Counted from the first letter of the stretch, positions 18,741-28,347 are shown. The stretch: 64,000 nucleotides of DNA from Roseburia sp. (GCA_022771695.1 JALEKJ010000060.1:49397-113396); one strand, 5' to 3'. Notes: generated from the letters alone by a model not told the origin. Translations and numbers: made by a program.

Positions 18741-19559
18741 ATGCAAACGAGTTGTAAGAAGGGATTATGCCTTGCGTTTTTGTTTTCTTTTATGTTTTTA
18801 TCGGGCTGGCAGATTGCAAAAATGAAAAATGACCATACAGTGAATACGATGGCAGTTTTAAAACAGGCAGAGAACTGGGGACTTGGATTTGGCACAGAGG
18901 GGACACAGCCGACCGGAAATGTGACAGCCGAAGAATTAAAGCAGTACAATGCCTATTATGTAGGGGATAAAGAAAAGAAAGTAATTTACCTGACTTTCGA
19001 TTGCGGTTATGAGAATGGCAACACAGAACCCATTTTGGATGCGCTAAAGAAGCACAATGCCAAAGCAACCTTTTTTGTGGTAGGACATTTTTTGGAGACA
19101 GCACCGGAGATTGCGAAAAGAATGGTTGCGGAAGGGCATACAGTCGGTAATCATACATATCATCACCCGGATATGTCCTCGATATCGGATATGACATCTT
19201 TTCAAAAAGAGGTGGATGATGTAGCGGCACTTTTTAAGGAGATAACGGGAACAGAGATGGCAAAATATTATCGTCCGCCACAGGGGAAGTACAGTACAGA
19301 GAATCTAAAGATGGCACAGGAGCTTGGGTATCAGACATTTTTCTGGAGTCTTGCTTATGTGGATTGGAATGTTGATGCGCAGCCGACGAAAGAGGAAGCC
19401 TTCAATAAACTGCTCACCAGAATTCACCCGGGTGCAATCGTTTTGCTGCACAGTACCTCTCAGACCAATGGGGAGATTTTAGATGAGCTGTTGACAAAGT
19501 GGGAGGAGATGGGGTATGAATTTAGACCGCTAAGTGAGTTGAGCGCAAAAGAGGCTTAA
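18741..19559 (+). CDS. pdaA: NodB-type polysaccharide deacetylase, PdaA-like (spore cortex delta-lactam de-N-acetylase)
   Basis: KVIYLTFDCGYENGNT, HTVGNHTYHHPDM, YYRPPQGKYS and HPGAIVLLH run colinear with B. subtilis PdaA as I remember it. Confidence 0.75.
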   Translation: MQTSCKKGLCLAFLFSFMFLSGWQIAKMKNDHTVNTMAVLKQAENWGLGFGTEGTQPTGNVTAEELKQYNAYYVGDKEKKVIYLTFDCGYENGNTEPILDALKKHNAKATFFVVGHFLETAPEIAKRMVAEGHTVGNHTYHHPDMSSISDMTSFQKEVDDVAALFKEITGTEMAKYYRPPQGKYSTENLKMAQELGYQTFFWSLAYVDWNVDAQPTKEEAFNKLLTRIHPGAIVLLHSTSQTNGEILDELLTKWEEMGYEFRPLSELSAKEA

Positions 19560-19565
19560 AAGAAA

Positions 19566-19598
19566 AGCTCTCCTGCGGAAGGCAGGAGGGCTTTTTTA
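19566..19598. terminator. bidirectional intrinsic terminator (pdaA / GT2 gene)
   Basis: 10-bp stem GCTCTCCTGC / GCAGGAGGGC with a 5-nt loop, then TTTTTT. Overlaps the stop codon of the convergent gene. Confidence 0.8.
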
Positions 19599-20924
19599 AA
19601 TCATCAGCACTTTTTGAATATTTTCTTTTATCTTATTGGAAAGTCTGTTGTACGTATCAAGCTCGTCCTCCGTAAAACCGTCAAATCGTACAGCGTCAAA
19701 ATCGCTTCTTACCGTTGAAAGCTCCGGCAGAAGGTCTAATCCGGCAGGAAGCAGCTCTATCTGCAGTAGTTTCTCGCCTGATTTCTGAGATGTTTCAGAC
19801 GCGGAGGTCACTTTAATCAAGTCCTTGGAGGAAAGTCGCTGGAGCGTTAACGAAAGACCGTTTTTGGACATACCGGTAAAATCAGCGAGGTCTTTTTTGC
19901 TGCGCGGCGTATCAGTTTGACTTAAGTAGAACAGCAGGGTGACTTCCTTGAGGGTCAGGTCATTGCGAAGTGCAACCGTTTCTAGGTAGCGCTCCAATAA
20001 TTTGCGATTGCGGTAAGCTTCCGCTAAGATACCCTCTTTGGATACTGCGTCAGAATTTATAGTTGTCCGTTCATCACCGAGTCTCGAAACACCGGGTAGG
20101 AGTGTTGGAAGAACGCCACCATCTCCGGCAGCGTCCACAAAAAAGCGGTACACTGACAAACGCTTTTTCTCATAATCTTTCTCATCATAGACGTCTTTGT
20201 AGAAGTTGTTGTAATACTCAAATACCATGAATTTCATTTTGATGGTCTTACTGATACTCATTCCCTGACTTGCAAGTGAACCCTTGGTCTTTACATAGTA
20301 ATAGATGGGGGCCTGCAGTGCATAGAAGACATTGGCATGCAGTATATATTCAAGATTGAAGAGAAAATCTTCGCACCAACTGATAGAGGTATCCATCTCA
20401 AGTTTATATTTTTCTACAAGGTCCCTGCGATAAAGCTTGTTCCATAAGACTCCATAATAGAAGTCTGCCGGGTTTTCCATCATGTGCTCCGCGAACTCTT
20501 CGCGCGTGAGCACTCCGTCATCTTCAATGTCGCCCTTGTGTGAAACGCGCTCTCCGACAACACGGTAGAAGTCGGAGATGACAAGGTCGCAATTATGCTC
20601 GGTCGCGGCGCGGACGAGTAGCTTAGTAGCATCCGGTGTAATCCAGTCGTCACTGTCTAAAAATTGTAGGTAAGTGCCTTTTGCCTGCCGAATTGCGGTA
20701 TTTCTGGTATCGGATACGCCGGTATTCGGTTTGTGAATCACCCGTACCCGTGTATCTGCAGCGGCATAGGCATCGCAGATAGCGCCGGAGGAATCACTGC
20801 TTCCGTCATTTACCAAAAGTAGTTCAAAGTTATTGTATTCTTGATTTAGTATGCTGTCGATACAACGGTTTAAATATTTTTCTGCATTATAGATTGGAAC
20901 GATGATACTTACCATCGGTTTCAT
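19596..20924 (-). CDS. family-2 glycosyltransferase fused to a C-terminal MarR-like winged-helix domain
   Basis: GT-A motifs VSIIVPIYNAEKYL and DSDD. The C-terminal ~120 aa (LTLKEVTLLFYLSQ..KKDLADFTGMSKNGLSLTLQRLSSKDLI) reads as MarR-type wHTH. Start at MKPMV behind GGAGG. Confidence 0.75.
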   Translation of the reverse strand: MKPMVSIIVPIYNAEKYLNRCIDSILNQEYNNFELLLVNDGSSDSSGAICDAYAAADTRVRVIHKPNTGVSDTRNTAIRQAKGTYLQFLDSDDWITPDATKLLVRAATEHNCDLVISDFYRVVGERVSHKGDIEDDGVLTREEFAEHMMENPADFYYGVLWNKLYRRDLVEKYKLEMDTSISWCEDFLFNLEYILHANVFYALQAPIYYYVKTKGSLASQGMSISKTIKMKFMVFEYYNNFYKDVYDEKDYEKKRLSVYRFFVDAAGDGGVLPTLLPGVSRLGDERTTINSDAVSKEGILAEAYRNRKLLERYLETVALRNDLTLKEVTLLFYLSQTDTPRSKKDLADFTGMSKNGLSLTLQRLSSKDLIKVTSASETSQKSGEKLLQIELLPAGLDLLPELSTVRSDFDAVRFDGFTEDELDTYNRLSNKIKENIQKVLMI

Positions 20925-20942
20925 ATGAGTTTCCTCCATGTT

Positions 20943-21905
20943 TTACCAGTATTTTGCGATATATGATTCAATCTTTTCGGAAGAGAGACTGAACTTTTGT
21001 AAAAGTTTTGCACGTGTGTCTTCCTCAGACAGATTGACATCTTTGCATAGCGATATAAAGTTTTTGATACCTTGCTCAATACCTTGCTCAATGCCCTGTT
21101 CAATACCTTGCTCAATGCCTTGCTCAATTCCCTGTTCAAGTCCGGCTTTTGTCGCACGGTCTGTTATCATCTTCTCATATTCCCATGATTTCATATAATT
21201 GATTCCGACCTCCTTGCTACACTTTACCTTGTTAACAAGGTTATTGATTGCTTCGATAGACTGATTTGTGACATTATCGTTTGTCGTTTTCTCTATGTAT
21301 CTTAGCATATCTTTCAGCGCCTGGCTAGGATTTCCTTCAGTTCCTTTTGTGTATAGAAATATTTTTGTAGCACCATCATCGTATGGAACCTTAGGATCTT
21401 CAATGCATTGGTTCCGAATCGTGTACACCATTCTATTTTGAGAAAATGGATCATAAGGAAGAATTACGATAATAATTACATTTTGCAGATTCTCATAATC
21501 TATGCCGGAGGAGAGGACTTGTGTATCAATGAGTCCGTGATAATAACGCATGCGTCTTGGAAGAGATTTTTTTTCGTAGCTGTTATTGGGTTCTATATCG
21601 TAAATATCAGATTGAATTTGCGCGTTAAGACTTGTTTGTTCATCGTCAGAAATTGTTTCAATATATGCATCGAGGCGAACACCATGACGGTCTGTTCCGG
21701 TGCCTAATATGTTTTTCTGCGGAATAATTTTTACTTTGCCAATGTTCTTCTCCAAAATTGTACAAAGAAGTATGCGGGCAAATTCTTCGCCAGTCTCTTT
21801 TTGTGAAAGCATCTCCTGAAAAAGAAAATTATCAATGAGATTCAAATCCTTCAAATTTCGGAATTCCCGATGTAAGGTGTGCGGATTGGTTTTATTCATA
21901 GGCAT
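20943..21905 (-). CDS. Rpn/YhgA-like PD-(D/E)XK nuclease (putative-transposase family)
   Basis: N-terminal DNFLFQEM-type motif, 320 aa, and a C-terminal short peptide repeat typical of this family. AGGAG RBS. 18 nt upstream of the GT2 gene. Confidence 0.6.
   Translation of the reverse strand: MPMNKTNPHTLHREFRNLKDLNLIDNFLFQEMLSQKETGEEFARILLCTILEKNIGKVKIIPQKNILGTGTDRHGVRLDAYIETISDDEQTSLNAQIQSDIYDIEPNNSYEKKSLPRRMRYYHGLIDTQVLSSGIDYENLQNVIIIVILPYDPFSQNRMVYTIRNQCIEDPKVPYDDGATKIFLYTKGTEGNPSQALKDMLRYIEKTTNDNVTNQSIEAINNLVNKVKCSKEVGINYMKSWEYEKMITDRATKAGLEQGIEQGIEQGIEQGIEQGIEQGIKNFISLCKDVNLSEEDTRAKLLQKFSLSSEKIESYIAKYW
21069..21140 (-). repeat. 12-bp tandem repeat x6 inside the Rpn-like CDS, encoding (EQGI)6
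   Basis: Units ACCTTGCTCAAT / GCCCTGTTCAAT and variants, in frame. Confidence 0.9.
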
Positions 21906-22049
21906 GTTCTCCTTTAAATTGATATAAAAATTGAGTTCTGACGATACGCCATGACTTCTATCATGGATAGAAGCAGATACAGCGGATGCTGTGAAAAAGA
22001 AAAAGATAAATGTAATTTAATTTTAATGGAAAAACAGAAAAATTGCAAG

Positions 22050-22078
22050 TTGAAAATGAAATGACAGGGTGATATAAT
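22050..22078 (+). promoter_or_regulatory. candidate sigma-A promoter of the GNAT-kinase gene
   Basis: TTGAAA-17 nt-TATAAT, with TG two bases upstream of the -10. Confidence 0.6.
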
Positions 22079-22134
22079 CGTTCTAATTTTACTTATTGAG
22101 AAGCATGTGGTGAGACAGTAGAGGAGGATACGTT

Positions 22135-23208
22135 ATGAAAAGACTGGAGACAGAGCGATTGATACTAAGACCCTGGTGTATGGAGGATGCAGAGGACCTG
22201 TTTGCATACGCATCAACGCCGAAAGTAGGACCGATGGCAGGTTGGAAGCCACATGAGAGTCTGGATGAGTCGAGAAAGATTTTGAAAATGTTTATGGAAG
22301 AGAATGATACTTGGGCGCTGGAATTAAAAGAGACGCATAAGGTCATCGGTTCAGTAGGACTGCATGACAGCAGAAGAGCAGGGCTTTCTTATGACAGAGA
22401 AATTGGTTATGTGCTTTCCGAGGATTATTGGGGGCATGGCTTAATCGTGGAGGCGGTAAAGGCGGCAATGGATTACGCATTTATCGAGTTGCAGATGGAA
22501 ACACTGATGGTGGCACATTTTGACTTTAATTATCAGTCAAAGAGAGTGATTGAAAAGCTTGGCTTTGCGCATGTTGCACATCTTCCAGCAGCTTTTAAGC
22601 GCTATGATGGAGTGGTACTGGATGATGAAATTTATATGATGACGCGGGAACAGTATGATAACAAACACAAAAAGACTTTGTGCGTAAATGGAAAAGAATA
22701 TACCGTCATCAAGCTCTTGGGAAAAGGAAAAGGCGGCTATTCTTACTTGGTATGTGATGATAAGAGGCAGTATGTGCTAAAGCAGATTCATCATGAGCCG
22801 TGCGACTATTATCAGTTTGGGGATAAGCTTGAGGCTGAACAAAGAGACTATAAGCGTTTGCGCGAGATTGGTATTCAAATGCCGGAAATGCTGGAGGTCG
22901 ATGTTGAAAATGAGCGCATTTTGAAAGAATACATCGAAGGGGATACGATTTTCGAAAAAGTGTTTAAGGATGAGATGAAAGATGACTATTTGGTACAAAT
23001 GAAAGAGATGTGTAAAATAATTTATGCTGCTAATACGAATATAGATTATTTCCCAACAAACTTTGTGATACAGGAGGAGAAGCTCTATTACATTGACTAC
23101 GAATGCAATGATTATATGGAAGAGTGGAACTTTGAAAACTGGGGTATAAAATACTGGTCGAAGACGGCGGAGTTCCTAAAGTATGTAACAGAGCACAACA
23201 AAAGATAA
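22135..23208 (+). CDS. GNAT (RimJ/RimL-type) N-acetyltransferase fused to a small protein-kinase-like domain
   Basis: N-terminal half LETERLILRPW...GYVLSEDYWGHG. C-terminal half has a Gly-loop LGKGKGGYSY, Lys in VLKQI, a catalytic-loop-like IDYFPTNFV and IDYE in the DFG position. Confidence 0.7.
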   Translation: MKRLETERLILRPWCMEDAEDLFAYASTPKVGPMAGWKPHESLDESRKILKMFMEENDTWALELKETHKVIGSVGLHDSRRAGLSYDREIGYVLSEDYWGHGLIVEAVKAAMDYAFIELQMETLMVAHFDFNYQSKRVIEKLGFAHVAHLPAAFKRYDGVVLDDEIYMMTREQYDNKHKKTLCVNGKEYTVIKLLGKGKGGYSYLVCDDKRQYVLKQIHHEPCDYYQFGDKLEAEQRDYKRLREIGIQMPEMLEVDVENERILKEYIEGDTIFEKVFKDEMKDDYLVQMKEMCKIIYAANTNIDYFPTNFVIQEEKLYYIDYECNDYMEEWNFENWGIKYWSKTAEFLKYVTEHNKR

Positions 23209-23227
23209 AACTAAAGCGGAGGCAGTT

Positions 23228-23554
23228 ATGATAACAGTTTTAAACGTGCTTGCGGTTGTTACTATTGGTTATGTATTGGCAGGTGTTTTTTATGGAAGTC
23301 TCATTGGAGCATGCATTTTGCTCGAAAAATGTGGGTGGAGTAAAGGGAAAATCGTAGCAGAGTTTGCAATAGGAGTGATTCTTACATTTTGCGTTTCGCA
23401 TATCATCGGAGATGGGCAATATCAGCTTTGTAATTTAGACGATTTATCTATTTATGTGGTGGCAGTGCTGACAGTTTTAGTAACTACATTTATTGTTTTA
23501 CAAATTCGAAGACCATATAAGGCATCAAAAGAAATGTTGCTTTCCGGTTTGTAG
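23228..23554 (+). CDS. small integral membrane protein (108 aa, about 3 TM)
   Basis: GGAGG RBS, hydrophobic segments, no family recognised. Confidence 0.5.
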   Translation: MITVLNVLAVVTIGYVLAGVFYGSLIGACILLEKCGWSKGKIVAEFAIGVILTFCVSHIIGDGQYQLCNLDDLSIYVVAVLTVLVTTFIVLQIRRPYKASKEMLLSGL

Positions 23555-23710
23555 AAGAGACTATTGCTTTTCAATGGAATGTTTTTTTGGTGAGAATTTG
23601 CTTCATTTACACAGTGAAATTATCATAAAAAAACTGTATAAAAACGATATTTTCTTTTCAAACCTCCATCGTCTAAAAACTGCCGTCTTCCCACCAGACG
23701 ATGTAGGTCT

Positions 23711-24059
23711 GCCGAAAAGAATATATATTTAATAACGTAGATGGAATTTCTGCCACAGACAAAATATAAAAAGAGGCGGATGTCCCATATTTGAGGTGAT
23801 TTGCGCAGGGTATTAGGACTTCTTATGTTCTGCACGAAAAACAGCAACGCCCGGGCAGGACGACCGGGCGAGAAGTACCCGCGGCACGGACGCCGCGTGT
23901 ACTCCGGTTGCGTCAGTTAAGAAAACTGTCCGCAGAACATTAGAAGTCCTTATGCCCGAAGCACTTAAACCTCAAATATGGGAGCACTCCGCCTTTTTAT
24001 ATCACCATTGAATCTATGGCAGAAATTCCTTCACGTTTTTTTTATATATTCTCTTCCGC
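23711..24059. repeat. ~350-nt imperfect inverted repeat / foldback element with GC-rich branched tip
   Basis: Perfectly complementary blocks 23744-23756/24017-24029, 23784-23798/23969-23983 and 23816-23834/23933-23951. Tip hairpins at 23849-23871 and 23876-23903. Confidence 0.85.
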
Positions 24060-24096
24060 AAACCGGAATTTATCTAAAGGTATTTGAAACAATAAT

Positions 24097-27000
24097 CTAC
24101 TGCTTCTGTAAGTTCTTATTTGCGGTTGAAAGCATCAGTTTAATACGGTTCAACTGGTTTACTTCACTTGCACCCGGGTCATAGTCGATAGCGACAATAT
24201 TGGACTGTGGATAGCGGTGACGCAGCTCCTTGATAACACCTTTTCCGACTACGTGGTTCGGCAGGCATGCAAACGGCTGTGTGCAGACGATGTTCGGAGT
24301 GCCGGTATGTATCAACTCTAACATCTCTCCGGTCAAGAACCAGCCTTCACCGGTCTGATTTCCCTCTGAAACAATATCCCTTGCATATTTTGCAAGGTCA
24401 TCAATGTGGGCAGGAGCATCAAAATACTTGCTCTTTGCAAACTCGTCACGGGCAGCACCTCTCAACCATTCGAAGAAGTTGATGCCGAGACGACCGATGC
24501 GCTTGGATTTTTGACTCATACCAAGATGATCTGCCTTAAAGCCTGTGTTATAGAAACAGTAGAGCAGGAAATCCGTAAGGTCAGGAACAACGGCCTCTGC
24601 GCCTTCCGCCTCCAATAAGTCAACAAGCTGGTTGTTGGCTGCAGGATGGAATTTTACTAAAATCTCACCGACAACACCGACTCTCGGTTTCTTTACATCG
24701 ATGCGCTCCAAATTGTCAAAATCGCGGATAATCTGGCGGCACATCTTTTTAAATTTGCTGTGAGAAAGCAGATTTGTTTGGCTTACAAAGTCAATGACCT
24801 CTTTTTTCCACTTCTCATGCAGAGCATTTGTGGAACCCGGTACTGCCTCATAGGGGCGTGTGCGATAGACACAGCGCATGAAAATATCTCCGAATATCAA
24901 CGCATACAGACCGTGTTGAATCAGCGGAAGTGTAAACTTAAATCCCGGGTTGGACTCTAAACCGCTTAAATTCAATGAAATAACCGGTACATCCGGATAA
25001 CCGGCTTTTTCTAGTGCACGACGGATGAATCCGATGTAGTTGCTGGCACGACAACCGCCACCGGTCTGTGAAATCACAATTGCAGTCTTTGTCATGTCAT
25101 ATTTACCGGACATCACCGCAGACATTAACTGACCGACTACAATCAGAGAAGGATAGCAGGCATCGTTATTTACATATTTTAGACCGACGTCAATACTTGT
25201 ACGGCTTGGTACATCCGGAATAACAAAATTATAGCCGGCAGCCCGGAATGCAGGCTCAAGCAGTTCAAAATGAATCGGTGACATCTGCGGGCAAAGAATC
25301 GTATAATTCTTGCGCATCTCTTCCGTAAATACCACACGCTCATAGTTTGCAGGTACAATGGTACGCTTCACCTGTTTTTTCTCGCGCACGCGAATGGCGG
25401 AGATGAGAGAGCGGATACGGATACGCGCTGCGCCTAAGTTGTTAACCTCGTCAATTTTTAGACAAGTATAAATTTTGCCGGATTTCGATAAGATATCATT
25501 CACTGCATCCGTGGTGACTGCATCCAGACCACAGCCAAAAGAATTGAGCTGAATCATATCCAAATCATCTCGTGTTTTAACATAGTTTGCTGCCGCATAC
25601 AGACGTGAGTGATACATCCACTGGTCCATTACGATAAGCGGACGCTCCACTTCCTGCAAATGAGAGATGGAATCCTCGGTTAATACGGCGAAGCCATAGG
25701 AGGTAATCAGTTCCGGAATACCGTGGTTGATTTCCGGGTCAACGTGATACGGGCGTCCGGCAAGAACGATACCGCGTTTGCCGTTTGCCTTCAGGTATTC
25801 TAAGACTTCCTCGCCCTTTTGATGTACTTCCATGCGGACGACGGCAAGTTCTTTCCAGCCTTCGGATACCGCGTCGCGAATCTCGGCCTCTGAAATGCCG
25901 AAATCAGCGCCACAGAAGGTCTTAATCAACTGAGAAGAAAGTGTGTCTTCACTGTTGAATGACATAAACGGATTTAAAAATTTCACCTGTCCGGAAGTAA
26001 TCTCATCAATGTTGTTTTTAATATTTTCTGCATACGATGTTACAATCGGGCAGTTGTAGTGGTTGTTGGAATCCGGAAATTCGTTACGCTCATATGGGAT
26101 ACATGGGTAGAAAATAAAATCTACATTCTGATGAATCAGCCATGTTACATGTCCATGCGCAAGCTTGGCAGGGTAACATTCCGATTCACTCGGGATGGAA
26201 TCGATACCGAGCTCATAGATTTTTCGCGTAGACTGTGGAGACAATACGACCGAGAAACCAAGCTTTTTAAAAAATGTAGCCCAGAACGGATAATTTTCAT
26301 ACATATTAAGGACTCTTGGGATACCAACGGTGCCGCGGGTTGCCTCCTCGGCTGTCAGTGGTTCGTAGGCAAAAAGGCGCTGGTTCTTGTATTCAAAAAG
26401 GTTTGGAATGTTCTCTTTATTCTTTTCTTTGCCAAGCCCGCGCTCACAGCGGTTTCCTGTGATATACTGACGGTTACCGGAAAAACGGTTGATGGTAAGA
26501 AGACAGTGGTTGGTACAGCCCTGGCATCTTGCAAGCTTGGTATCGAAGGTTAGCTCATTAATTTCATCGATGGAGAGCATGGAGGTCTTGTAGTCAGCCT
26601 CGTGACGCTCGCGTGCAATCAAAGCAGCGCCAAATGCACCCATGATGCCGGCGATATCCGGGCGCACACATTCGCAGCCGGAAATCTTTTCGAAGCTCCG
26701 AAGGACGGCATCATTATAGAACGTACCACCCTGAACAACAATATTTTTGCCGAGCTCACTTGGGTCGGAGAGCTTGATAACTTTGTACAGAGCATTTTTG
26801 ATTACAGAGTATGCAAGGCCGGAAGAGATATCCGCGACAGAAGCCCCTTCTTTCTGCGCCTGCTTTACCTTGGAATTCATAAATACCGTACAGCGGGTAC
26901 CCAAATCAATCGGATTCTGGGCAAACAAAGCTTCCTTGGCAAAATCCTGAACCGAATAATTCAAGGATTTTGCAAAAGTTTCTATGAAAGAACCACAGCC

Positions 27001-28347
27001 GGAAGAGCATGCCTCGTTTATTTGGACACTGTCTACCGTCTGATTCTTAATCTTGATGCATTTCATATCCTGACCGCCGATATCCAAGATGCAGTCAACC
27101 TCGGGGTTGAAAAATGCGGCGGCATAGTAGTGTGCTACGGTTTCAACTTCGCCCTCGTCTAACATTAAGGCTGCCTTTAATAAAGCCTCACCGTAACCGG
27201 TGGAGCAGGAGTGTACAATTTTTGCATTTGCCGGAAGCTTGGCATAGATTTCCTTGATAGAGCGGATTGCGGTTGCCAACGGACTTCCGTCGTTATTACT
27301 GTAGAAGGAATAAAGCAAAGAGCCATCCTCTCCGACCAATGCAATCTTGGTTGTCGTGGAACCTGCATCAATTCCGAGATAGCAATTTCCTTCATAGGAA
27401 GAAAGTTCGGCAGTCTTTACATTGTGACCGTCATGACGTGCACGGAAGGTCTTATAGTCTTCCTTGTCCTTAAAAAGAGGCTCTAAGCGTGCAACCTCGA
27501 ACTCCATTTTGATACCGGACTTCAACTGTGTAAGCAGTGCGCTAACGGTTGTTGTATGCTGCTCCTGATAATTTAGTGCAGAGCCGATTGCAGCAAAAAG
27601 ATGCGAGTTCTCAGGTGTAATTGCATGTTCTGCGTCCAAATGCAGGGTACGGATAAATGCTGCCTTAAGTTCTGATAAAAAGTGCAGAGGTCCGCCTAAG
27701 AATGCTACATGACCGCGGATTGGCTTGCCGCAGGCAAGACCACTGATGGTCTGATTGACCACTGCCTGAAAAATAGAGGCAGAAAGATCCTCACGTGTGG
27801 CGCCTTCGTTGATAAGTGGCTGTATATCCGTCTTGGCAAATACGCCGCAACGTGCTGCAATCGGGTAGATTGCCTTGTAATCTTTGGCATATTCGTTCAA
27901 CCCGGAGGCATCTGTCTGAATCAGAGATGCCATCTGATCGATAAAAGAACCGGTACCACCGGCGCAGATACCGTTCATACGCTGTTCCACATTGCCGCCT
28001 TCAAAATAGATAATTTTTGCATCCTCACCACCGAGTTCAATGGCGACATCGGTTTGCGGGGCATAGTGTTGCAGGGCGGTGGAGACAGAGATAACTTCCT
28101 GCACGAAAGGCACGTCCAAGTGCTTGGCAAGAGTCAGACCACCTGAACCGGTAATCATAGGGGCAATATTCATGTCTCCAAGTTTGTCATATGCTTTCTG
28201 TAAGAGAGAAGATAGGGTTTCCTGAATATTGGCAAAGTGTCGCTCATAATCAGAAAAGAGGATATGATCTTCTTCATCCAAGATTGCTATTTTGACCGTT
28301 GTTGAGCCGATATCGATTCCTAGCTTATGTAAGGTATTGTTTTCCAT
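24097..28347 (-). CDS. BcrAD/BadFG-type activase (two ATPase repeats) fused to 2-hydroxyacyl-CoA-dehydratase-like domains (1416 aa)
   Basis: Two ASKHA phosphate-1 motifs ([26 protein letters not shown]) followed by a long Cys-containing C-terminal half. GGAGG RBS. Confidence 0.8.
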   Translation of the reverse strand: MENNTLHKLGIDIGSTTVKIAILDEEDHILFSDYERHFANIQETLSSLLQKAYDKLGDMNIAPMITGSGGLTLAKHLDVPFVQEVISVSTALQHYAPQTDVAIELGGEDAKIIYFEGGNVEQRMNGICAGGTGSFIDQMASLIQTDASGLNEYAKDYKAIYPIAARCGVFAKTDIQPLINEGATREDLSASIFQAVVNQTISGLACGKPIRGHVAFLGGPLHFLSELKAAFIRTLHLDAEHAITPENSHLFAAIGSALNYQEQHTTTVSALLTQLKSGIKMEFEVARLEPLFKDKEDYKTFRARHDGHNVKTAELSSYEGNCYLGIDAGSTTTKIALVGEDGSLLYSFYSNNDGSPLATAIRSIKEIYAKLPANAKIVHSCSTGYGEALLKAALMLDEGEVETVAHYYAAAFFNPEVDCILDIGGQDMKCIKIKNQTVDSVQINEACSSGCGSFIETFAKSLNYSVQDFAKEALFAQNPIDLGTRCTVFMNSKVKQAQKEGASVADISSGLAYSVIKNALYKVIKLSDPSELGKNIVVQGGTFYNDAVLRSFEKISGCECVRPDIAGIMGAFGAALIARERHEADYKTSMLSIDEINELTFDTKLARCQGCTNHCLLTINRFSGNRQYITGNRCERGLGKEKNKENIPNLFEYKNQRLFAYEPLTAEEATRGTVGIPRVLNMYENYPFWATFFKKLGFSVVLSPQSTRKIYELGIDSIPSESECYPAKLAHGHVTWLIHQNVDFIFYPCIPYERNEFPDSNNHYNCPIVTSYAENIKNNIDEITSGQVKFLNPFMSFNSEDTLSSQLIKTFCGADFGISEAEIRDAVSEGWKELAVVRMEVHQKGEEVLEYLKANGKRGIVLAGRPYHVDPEINHGIPELITSYGFAVLTEDSISHLQEVERPLIVMDQWMYHSRLYAAANYVKTRDDLDMIQLNSFGCGLDAVTTDAVNDILSKSGKIYTCLKIDEVNNLGAARIRIRSLISAIRVREKKQVKRTIVPANYERVVFTEEMRKNYTILCPQMSPIHFELLEPAFRAAGYNFVIPDVPSRTSIDVGLKYVNNDACYPSLIVVGQLMSAVMSGKYDMTKTAIVISQTGGGCRASNYIGFIRRALEKAGYPDVPVISLNLSGLESNPGFKFTLPLIQHGLYALIFGDIFMRCVYRTRPYEAVPGSTNALHEKWKKEVIDFVSQTNLLSHSKFKKMCRQIIRDFDNLERIDVKKPRVGVVGEILVKFHPAANNQLVDLLEAEGAEAVVPDLTDFLLYCFYNTGFKADHLGMSQKSKRIGRLGINFFEWLRGAARDEFAKSKYFDAPAHIDDLAKYARDIVSEGNQTGEGWFLTGEMLELIHTGTPNIVCTQPFACLPNHVVGKGVIKELRHRYPQSNIVAIDYDPGASEVNQLNRIKLMLSTANKNLQKQ

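Noticed and set aside
21069-21140. Short regularly spaced repeats that could suggest a CRISPR or minisatellite
   Set aside because: The 12-bp units are directly tandem with no spacers, are in frame, and encode (EQGI)6 within the Rpn-like CDS.
23493-24184. Three ORFs in the track across the foldback region (23493-23732 +, 23623-23847 -, 23978-24184 +)
   Set aside because: No RBSs. The two ORFs running outward from the centre resemble each other only because the arms are inverted repeats. The last one overlaps the 3' end of the activase gene antisense.
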